A DNA stretch of 61,100 bases from Bacteroidales bacterium (GTDB taxonomy: Bacteria; Bacteroidota; Bacteroidia; Bacteroidales; ML635J-15), in NCBI GenBank assembly GCA_035406965.1, contig DAONZU010000001.1, positions 1 through 61,100 of the forward strand, read 5' to 3'. The notes under the pieces were generated by a model, which saw only the letters and a program-made list of their open reading frames with translations, was not told the DNA's origin and ran no database searches. Both the position numbers and the translations under genes were made by a program. Positions 38,341 through 44,643 of this stretch are shown here, in pieces; positions within the stretch are counted from its first letter, which is position 1; each line of letters begins with the position of its first letter.

Positions 38341-39015
38341 ATGAAAAAAATTATTCTTATTCTAATCAGTTTGTTTTTCTTCGGAAACATATTTGCTCAG
38401 CAAGCTATTTCTGGAGGATTATATGTGGGTCCAACAATGTCGTGGATGAGCACCGACAGTAAAGTGGCAGATACTAAAGGCATGAAATTCGGCTATAATT
38501 TTGGAGCTTTAGTTGACTTTAATTTAATTGAGCATTTCGCAATCTCTACAGGTCTTCAATTTAATAGTTTAGGTGGCAATATTACTTACGATGGGCTTAC
38601 CATATTAACACCAAAAGAAGGTCAAACTAAAGACACATTAAATGCTGGCTCTAAACTAAACTATAGACTCAATTACATTGGAATACCTGTTAGCTTTAAA
38701 GGAAAAACTAATGAAATTGGCTATATCACATATTTCTTAAAAGCTGGAGTTACACCATTAATTAATATTAAAACATTAGGTTCTTATGGTGAAAACGAAA
38801 AAATAATGCTAAAAGAAATAAATCTATTTAATATTGGATGGCATATTGGAGGCGGAATCGAATATTCCTTGTCTGGGAATACCAGAATTTTAGTTGAATT
38901 ACTTTATACAGGAGGTTTGATTGATGTAGATAAAACTAAAATTGTATATCCTCAAGAAAGCAACCCAAGAATTTCATTAAATGATATTCATTTAAAAGTT
39001 GGAATTTTATTTTAA
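38341..39015 (+). CDS. Outer-membrane beta-barrel protein (porin family, OMP_b-brl_2-like)
   Basis: Signal peptide, alternating beta-strand pattern, ends ..LKVGILF. Confidence 0.75.
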   Translation: MKKIILILISLFFFGNIFAQQAISGGLYVGPTMSWMSTDSKVADTKGMKFGYNFGALVDFNLIEHFAISTGLQFNSLGGNITYDGLTILTPKEGQTKDTLNAGSKLNYRLNYIGIPVSFKGKTNEIGYITYFLKAGVTPLINIKTLGSYGENEKIMLKEINLFNIGWHIGGGIEYSLSGNTRILVELLYTGGLIDVDKTKIVYPQESNPRISLNDIHLKVGILF

Positions 39016-39052
39016 CAACAACAAATAAACTTTAAAACCAAAAAATCAAGTT

Positions 39053-39110
39053 GTCTTAGAAATGTTCTAATGCAAATTAATAATTAGACATTTCTAAGAC
39101 ATACTTTTTT
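39053..39110 (+). terminator. Long-stem intrinsic terminator
   Basis: GTCTTAGAAATGT(T)CTAAT ... ATTAGACATTTCTAAGAC. An 18-bp stem with one bulged T, then ATACTTTTTT. Confidence 0.75.
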
Positions 39111-39124
39111 AATAAATCATTGAT

Positions 39125-40786
39125 ATGAAAATTGCAATAGCTCAATTAAATTATCAAGTTGGAAATTTAGATTTCAATACTCAAAAAATCACAAATGCAA
39201 TTTTAACTGCAAAAAATCAAGAAGTAGATTTAATAATTTTTTCAGAACTTTCGATTTGCGGATACATACCATACGATTTGTTAAATTACAAGTATTTTAT
39301 TGATGATTGCTACAAAAAACTTGAAGAAATAAAATTACATTGCAAAGATATTGCTGCAATTGTAGGTTTGCCAACTAAAAACAACAAAAATACTAGAAAA
39401 AAACTATATAATTCTGCTGCTTTTCTTTATGATGGAGAAATTCAAAAATTAATTCATAAAACTCTGATACCAAGTTTTGATGTCATCAACGAAGACAGAT
39501 ATTTTGAAGAAAATCAATACTTTAGCATTATTAATTTCAAAAATAAAAAAATAGCTCTAACCATTGCCGAAGATTTATGGGACGAAGAAAAAATTTACGG
39601 CTCTTTTGAAGACAAAATAATGTTTAAAAATGCTCCTATGGAATATTTACATAATTTTAATCCTGACTTTATAGTAAATATTGCTGCTCAACCATTTGCC
39701 CACAATCAAACTGATTGTAAAAAAGATTTTATTTATAAAAATGCAAAAAAATATTCTATACCTATTATTAATATAAATCAAGTTGGAGCAAACACTGAAT
39801 TAATTTACGAAGGTGCTAGCATTGTTGTTGACAAAACTGGAAATACAGTTATTTCTGTCAATAGCTTTAAAGAAGATTTGAAAATTTTTGACCTTGATAA
39901 AATTACAAACACCTCACAAACAGACAATTACAATAAAAATTCAGATAACAAATACGAATCTATTTATTCTGCTCTAATACTTGGAATTAAAGATTTTTTT
40001 GAAAAATCAAATCTTAAAAAAGCTGTAGTTGGTTTATCTGGCGGATTAGATTCTGCTGTGGTTGTAGCACTTTTAGTTAATGCTATTGGAAAAGAAAATG
40101 TTGATGTTTTATTATTGCCAACAAAATATTCAAGTCAACATTCTATAGACGACTCGCTAAAAATGGTTAAAAGATGTGGAATAAAGCACCATATTGTTGA
40201 TATTGAAGAACTTAGGAAAATGTATTCGAAAACAATGAAAAAAGTTTTTGAAAATACAAAAGAAGATATTACTGAAGAAAATATTCAAGCTCGCATCAGA
40301 GGCAGTGTTTTGATGGCTTATTCAAATAAATTTGGAAATATTTTGCTCAACACTTCAAACAAAAGCGAGGCAGCAGTTGGCTATTCAACTATGTATGGCG
40401 ATATGAATGGCGCTCTTGCTGTTATTGGCGACTTATACAAAAGCGAAGTTTACGAACTAGCAGATTATATAAATCAAAAATTCAACAATATGATTCCTCA
40501 AAATATAATTGATAAAATCCCATCAGCAGAACTAAGACCAAATCAAAAAGATAGTGACTCTCTTCCTGACTATGAAATATTAGACAAAATTTTATTTTTG
40601 TACATAGAACAAAATTTTTCTGAAGAAGAAATTATAAAACAAGGACTTCCGCAAGAAATAGTTCACAAAATTATAAGACTAGTAAACAGTAGCGAGTTTA
40701 AAAGATTTCAAATGCCTCCTGTCTTAAAAGTTAGTCAAAAATGCTTTGGCTATGGAAGAAAAATGCCTTTGGTGGGAAGATATTAA
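39125..40786 (+). CDS. nadE: Glutamine-dependent NAD+ synthetase
   Basis: N-terminal CN-hydrolase domain (MKIAIAQLN..FSELSICGY) plus synthetase domain VVGLSGGLDSAVV, ..GYSTMYGDMNG..; 553 aa. Confidence 0.93.
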   Translation: MKIAIAQLNYQVGNLDFNTQKITNAILTAKNQEVDLIIFSELSICGYIPYDLLNYKYFIDDCYKKLEEIKLHCKDIAAIVGLPTKNNKNTRKKLYNSAAFLYDGEIQKLIHKTLIPSFDVINEDRYFEENQYFSIINFKNKKIALTIAEDLWDEEKIYGSFEDKIMFKNAPMEYLHNFNPDFIVNIAAQPFAHNQTDCKKDFIYKNAKKYSIPIININQVGANTELIYEGASIVVDKTGNTVISVNSFKEDLKIFDLDKITNTSQTDNYNKNSDNKYESIYSALILGIKDFFEKSNLKKAVVGLSGGLDSAVVVALLVNAIGKENVDVLLLPTKYSSQHSIDDSLKMVKRCGIKHHIVDIEELRKMYSKTMKKVFENTKEDITEENIQARIRGSVLMAYSNKFGNILLNTSNKSEAAVGYSTMYGDMNGALAVIGDLYKSEVYELADYINQKFNNMIPQNIIDKIPSAELRPNQKDSDSLPDYEILDKILFLYIEQNFSEEEIIKQGLPQEIVHKIIRLVNSSEFKRFQMPPVLKVSQKCFGYGRKMPLVGRY

Positions 40787-40789
40787 GAA

Positions 40790-40837
40790 TTACTCATTCT
40801 CCAAAAAATATTGTTTTTCTACATCATATTCAGTAAC
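40790..40837 (-). pseudogene. Orphan 3'-terminal gene fragment, left copy of a 48-bp direct repeat
   Basis: The minus strand reads VTEYDVEKQYFLENE*. It is 45/48 nt identical to the true 3' end of the 121-aa ORF at 43375-43422 (VTEYDVEKQYFLEND*). Upstream the frame holds only an A/T-run-derived K/F-rich stretch, with no Met before a stop at 40874-40876. Confidence 0.75.
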
Positions 40838-40851
40838 TTTTTTTCTTTTTA

Positions 40852-40882
40852 TTTGCTTATTAAAAAAAAATGTTTATATTTG
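40852..40882 (+). promoter_or_regulatory. Consensus Bacteroidetes promoter: -33 TTTG (40852-40855), 19-nt spacer, -7 TATATTTG (40875-40882)
   Basis: Read directly. It points rightward into the cassette, about 500 nt upstream of the first cassette gene. Confidence 0.5.
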
Positions 40883-40994
40883 TACAAGAAATAGTATAAA
40901 AAACATTTTAGCGTGCAAAACAACTTTAAATATAGACAAAAAAAATTGTTTTTATTAAACATGCTGTTTTTTAATTTATTTTACATAGCACTTA

Positions 40995-41006
40995 CCCCCC
41001 CCCCCC
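40995..41006 (+). repeat. C12 homopolymer tract
   Basis: cttaCCCCCCCCCCCCgcac. I saw no comparable G/C homopolymer elsewhere in this AT-rich window. Confidence 0.95.
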
Positions 41007-41182
41007 GCACCTCCTAAACACCTTGCCACACAATGACTATGAGAATCTTCGCCATTTTGAAAGCAGACATGAAAACACATTACCATATAAAAAAATTGAC
41101 AAAAATAGTTGCAATACAAATAAAAATACCTATGTAAAAAAATTAACAAAACAATTAAAAGAAAAACATGGGACTTAACATA

Positions 41183-41220
41183 GGCGACTTGTCTTTAAAA
41201 CTTTAAAGAGACCAGTCGCC
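41183..41220 (+). other. Interrupted stem-loop in the cassette leader
   Basis: GGCGACTTGTCTT..loop..AGAGACCAGTCGCC. 7 bp, one mismatch, then ~6 bp including a G-U pair. No adjacent T-run; the nearest TTTTT is 14 nt downstream. Confidence 0.5.
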
Positions 41221-41384
41221 GTTATACTAATAGTTTTTACGAGCAATATTTAAGCAACGACAGAGTCCAAAAATAGCTATTACAGTAAACTCTGTTGTAA
41301 GGTAAGATAAAAGTAATAGCTATATTATAAAATTTATGCTTGATTTTATAATGAATATTAAATAAGCAAAAAAAAATAAAAATT

Positions 41385-42080
41385 ATGAAAAAAGTTTTTT
41401 TAAATTCAATAATAATCCTAGTTATTTTAGGAGTTAGTGTATTATCTTGTGAAAAAGCTGAAGAAATAAAAAAAGCTGAAAAAGAAAATGTTAAAGAATC
41501 AGAAATAATGTCAACAAAAAGTATGAAAAATTATCTAGAAATAGATTTTGCTTACAATAATTTCTCACATAAATTTATTGGAGAAAAACCTAATGACATG
41601 CTAATATGGCAAGAAAAAATCGGAACTGATCAAGAAAGGAAAAGCAAGTTTAATTTTGATTATAAAAGCATGCCTGACATTAACGTTAAGCACGTATCTG
41701 ATAAAGTTTTAATTTTAAATATTAATAAAGTTGACTATATATTTGACTATGGTATGACAAAAAATTATTGGGACGCTACAGTGAGCACCAGAACCAGTAG
41801 TAATATTGCAAAAATAAGCATGTACACAGATGCTCATGATTTTAATGAAATGATGGATTTTTACAAAAAAAACCCTGTCATTTCATTTAATTCAAGAGGT
41901 CCTATCACATGGATACTTGCATATCAAGCTGCAAAAATAGCCATTATTGTATGGGCAGCGGATAGATATTGTGATGCGAAAGTCGAAAATCAAAAAAACG
42001 AATGTATTGAAAAAGGTCTATGCTACACAGTTAAATTTTGTGGTGCTGAATGTCGTGAATGTGCTAATAACAACAATTAA
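41385..42080 (+). CDS. Hypothetical lipoprotein with hydrophobic helix and cysteine-rich C-terminal tail
   Basis: Lipobox VLSC followed by an acidic EKAEE. Near-C-terminal hydrophobic segment ITWILAYQAAKIAIIVWAA. The tail RYCDAKVENQKNECIEKGLCYTVKFCGAECRECANNNN has 7 Cys in the last 38 residues. Confidence 0.7.
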   Translation: MKKVFLNSIIILVILGVSVLSCEKAEEIKKAEKENVKESEIMSTKSMKNYLEIDFAYNNFSHKFIGEKPNDMLIWQEKIGTDQERKSKFNFDYKSMPDINVKHVSDKVLILNINKVDYIFDYGMTKNYWDATVSTRTSSNIAKISMYTDAHDFNEMMDFYKKNPVISFNSRGPITWILAYQAAKIAIIVWAADRYCDAKVENQKNECIEKGLCYTVKFCGAECRECANNNN

Positions 42081-42107
42081 ATAAAAATTTTATTATATAA
42101 AAAACAA

Positions 42108-42156
42108 GTCGCCAGAAATTTATTAACTTAAATTTCTGGCGACATAATTTTTTTAC
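42108..42156 (+). terminator. Strong intrinsic terminator between the two cassette genes
   Basis: GTCGCCAGAAATTT-attaactt-AAATTTCTGGCGAC. A 14-bp perfect stem followed by ATAATTTTTTT. Confidence 0.8.
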
Positions 42157-42164
42157 TATAATAT

Positions 42165-43352
42165 ATGAAATTTAAACTAAAATTAAAACACTACACGCTA
42201 TATTTAGGACTTATAACCTACATTATAGGAATTGCTTTAAATATTTTTTATTCTCTGTATTCAAATCAACCAGGTCCGCAACAGTCGCAATCTCCATTGT
42301 TTGAACTTTTGTCATTGTTTCCACCTATAATTATACTAGCCTTAACATTAGTAAGTGCATCAATTTTTGAAGAATTGGCATTTCGAGGATGGACTATTAA
42401 ACATAAGTTTTCAAAATATATCTCAATCATAGGTATTTTGTTTTATTGTTTTTTAGCAACAAACAGTTTCATAATTTGTGTCATTGTATTAGCTCTACTA
42501 ATTTTTGTTTTTTTCTACAAAAATGATGAATTGAGCCAATTCTTAAAAGTTATTGTTACAAGTCTAATTTTTGCATTCATCCACTTTGATAACTTTAGCG
42601 ACAATATGCGATATATCAGCATCTTGCAACTATTCGGATTATCTCTGATTATAAGTTACTTTGCACTTAGATTTGGATTTGTTTACGGAATATTAATACA
42701 TTTCGCAAATAATCTTTTAGCAACAATTATAATATTTACAACATCTGTTAATTACAGCACAAGTATTGTAAAAGAAAATTATGTTGCAAATATTGAAAAA
42801 ATCGAATTTTTAGAAAACTCATCTTCAATACTAAAAGGTAGTTTTCAAGATTCTATTGTTCATGTTGGAAATATTACACAAATTGCTGTAGAATTAGCCC
42901 CTTTTAATAATGAAGTAATTTACAAAGCAAAATTAAGTAGTTTAGACTCATATCATTATGTCGCTAAATGTAAAAACAAGGGAACTTGTACACTTGACAG
43001 ACAAGAATTATTAAAAGACTTTTTAAATCACACTAATTTAAAAACAGACACAATATTAGTTGATGCATTTATTTTAAAAATTACAGATATTGATAAATTG
43101 CAAAAGCATAGAGCAGATGGACAAACAACATTTATTAAATATTTGGTTGAAATTTTAAGAAATGATTTTGATATACCTATTATAATAAATGAAGATATTG
43201 CAGATATTAGTTTTATTATGCCTGATAATTTTTATAGAATATTTCACAAATTATCTACTGAAGACAAAATCAAAAAACTGGAAACTGACTATGGCATTCT
43301 TTTAGAAAAGACAATTGATAAAACTGTTTCAGTGATTTACTTTTTTGAATAA
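42165..43352 (+). CDS. CPBP family intramembrane glutamic endopeptidase (CAAX protease / Abi) fused to an unassigned ~200-aa C-terminal domain
   Basis: All three CPBP motifs are intact: SIFEELAFRGW (EExxxR), FAFIHFDN (FxxxH), ILIHFANNL (HxxxN). About 6 TM segments in the first ~195 aa. Residues ~200-395 are soluble with no motif I recognise. Confidence 0.8.
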   Translation: MKFKLKLKHYTLYLGLITYIIGIALNIFYSLYSNQPGPQQSQSPLFELLSLFPPIIILALTLVSASIFEELAFRGWTIKHKFSKYISIIGILFYCFLATNSFIICVIVLALLIFVFFYKNDELSQFLKVIVTSLIFAFIHFDNFSDNMRYISILQLFGLSLIISYFALRFGFVYGILIHFANNLLATIIIFTTSVNYSTSIVKENYVANIEKIEFLENSSSILKGSFQDSIVHVGNITQIAVELAPFNNEVIYKAKLSSLDSYHYVAKCKNKGTCTLDRQELLKDFLNHTNLKTDTILVDAFILKITDIDKLQKHRADGQTTFIKYLVEILRNDFDIPIIINEDIADISFIMPDNFYRIFHKLSTEDKIKKLETDYGILLEKTIDKTVSVIYFFE

Positions 43353-43374
43353 AAACTCAAAGTTTTAATATTCT

Positions 43375-43422
43375 TTAATCATTCTCTAAAAAATATTGTT
43401 TTTCCACATCATATTCAGTAAC
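43375..43422 (-). repeat. Right copy of the 48-bp direct repeat (functional 3' end of the 121-aa ORF)
   Basis: See 40790..40837. The three mismatches are two synonymous changes and one E/D change in the minus-strand frame. Confidence 0.85.
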
Positions 43423-43740
43423 CTCATCAAAAGGGTCTAAAGCAACAATTTTAAACTTGAGTAAATAGCTATTATCTTTAAACACCACAGAATCTGCAAG
43501 CAAAGAATCCTTAATTTCTGCTTCGTGCTCATCAAAGATTAATATAATAGGTGCGATTTCTCTACCTTGTTGTCCTTTTTGTGCATCAACAGATTTTGGT
43601 AAATATTTTGTCAAACAAGCTTTTGTGGCTGGAAAATCATCAAGTCCACCTATACTCAAATCATAATTATAAATTGTTGCACAAGCAAAAAATGCTAATA
43701 CCAAAGAATACAAAATTGCTGGAATTATTATTTTTTTCAT
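43375..43740 (-). CDS. Hypothetical lipoprotein (121 aa)
   Basis: Signal with lipobox LAFFAC. ATGA overlap with the upstream thioredoxin-like gene. Confidence 0.65.
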   Translation of the reverse strand: MKKIIIPAILYSLVLAFFACATIYNYDLSIGGLDDFPATKACLTKYLPKSVDAQKGQQGREIAPIILIFDEHEAEIKDSLLADSVVFKDNSYLLKFKIVALDPFDEVTEYDVEKQYFLEND

Positions 43741-44468
43741 TGAGATATAATTTTAGAAGTAAATTTTGAGTTGTCATCAAAAACAAAATTTACGATATAC
43801 AAAGATTTTGAAATTAGTGAAGGAATTCTGACAAGGTTTTTTGGATATTTTTTATTTAAGAGTAAACGTCCCATATAATCGTAAATTTGAATTTCACAAA
43901 CTTTTTTATCAGATTCAAAATTCAAAAAATTACCCACAATATTAAATGTAAAATCATTATTTTTTTCTTCAAGTTTTGAAGAAGGTAAGCAATAATTTAA
44001 TGTTTCAACTATATTAAAATAAGATATTGATTCTGAAACAATATAATCACAAACCATCATTATTTGTGGAGTATAATTTATTTCATATAATCCAAACACA
44101 TCTGTTGCATGTCCTGTAGGGAAACATCTAAAAGTTATATTATGCAATTCCATAAAAGCTTCTATTTCTTCGCTATTATAATAATAGTGTACAATTCCCC
44201 AGACAATTAAATCTTGGGTTCCCGAACCATATTGCCTATGAATAGAGTCCACAATTGGAGCTACTTCAATACAAGAGCCACAATTTAGAGAGAAAAAATG
44301 TAGTAAAACCACTTTTCCTGCTGCAATGCTATCATAAAGGTTAACTTCCTCGCCTTTAGTGTCTAACAAAGAAAAATCAGGAGCTGGTTTATAGGTTTGA
44401 GCTGGTAAAAATTCAAAACTTATTATTAAAATAAATAACAAAATTAATATATACTTTACTTTTTTCAC
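43737..44468 (-). CDS. TlpA-like thioredoxin-fold protein carrying a T9SS type A C-terminal sorting domain
   Basis: Signal peptide. APDFSLLDTKGEEVNL..VVLLHFFSLNCGSC (CxxC). C-terminal ~75 aa ..CEIQIYDYMGRLLLNKKY..SLYIVNFVFDDNSKFTSKIISQ looks like a Por-type CTD. Confidence 0.7.
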   Translation of the reverse strand: MKKVKYILILLFILIISFEFLPAQTYKPAPDFSLLDTKGEEVNLYDSIAAGKVVLLHFFSLNCGSCIEVAPIVDSIHRQYGSGTQDLIVWGIVHYYYNSEEIEAFMELHNITFRCFPTGHATDVFGLYEINYTPQIMMVCDYIVSESISYFNIVETLNYCLPSSKLEEKNNDFTFNIVGNFLNFESDKKVCEIQIYDYMGRLLLNKKYPKNLVRIPSLISKSLYIVNFVFDDNSKFTSKIISQ

Positions 44469-44568
44469 ATGAAGCTATTATATAATTAAACAAAAATAAA
44501 TGTTTTTTGTTAAAAACCCCATACTGATTAAACAATATTTTATAAATTTCAAAAATAATATGACAAAT

Positions 44569-44576
44569 TAGTTTTG
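44569..44576 (+). promoter_or_regulatory. Candidate -7 box TAGTTTTG upstream of hppA
   Basis: Matches TAnnTTTG and ends 67 nt before the ATG at 44644. Confidence 0.3.
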
Positions 44577-44643
44577 TATTTCAAAAAAAAATAGGAATTT
44601 TGCAGCGCTTTTTTAATGGATAATAATAATAATTAAATAAAAT

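Noticed and set aside
40746-40958. ORF-track 70-aa plus-strand ORF spanning the nadE stop and the start of the cassette
   Set aside because: It starts inside nadE in another frame and runs through the orphan gene tail on the opposite sense and through the promoter-like element. Its composition is low-complexity and A/T-driven (..FFLFICLLKKNVYI..). It is better explained as a chance ORF.
40790-41000. Looked for inverted repeats flanking the cassette promoter, as expected for a Bacteroidetes-style invertible promoter switch
   Set aside because: I found only a direct similarity (aaaaaatattgttttt at 40803 versus aaaaaaattgttttt near 40938). No inverted pair brackets 40852-40882, and there is no nearby recombinase.
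41183-42143. Shared GGCGAC/GTCGCC hexamers in the arms of the leader hairpin and the inter-gene terminator, considered as a dispersed repeat or MITE ends
   Set aside because: Only the 6-mer is shared and the arm orientation differs. The rest of the stems are unrelated. This is too short to call a repeat family from one window.
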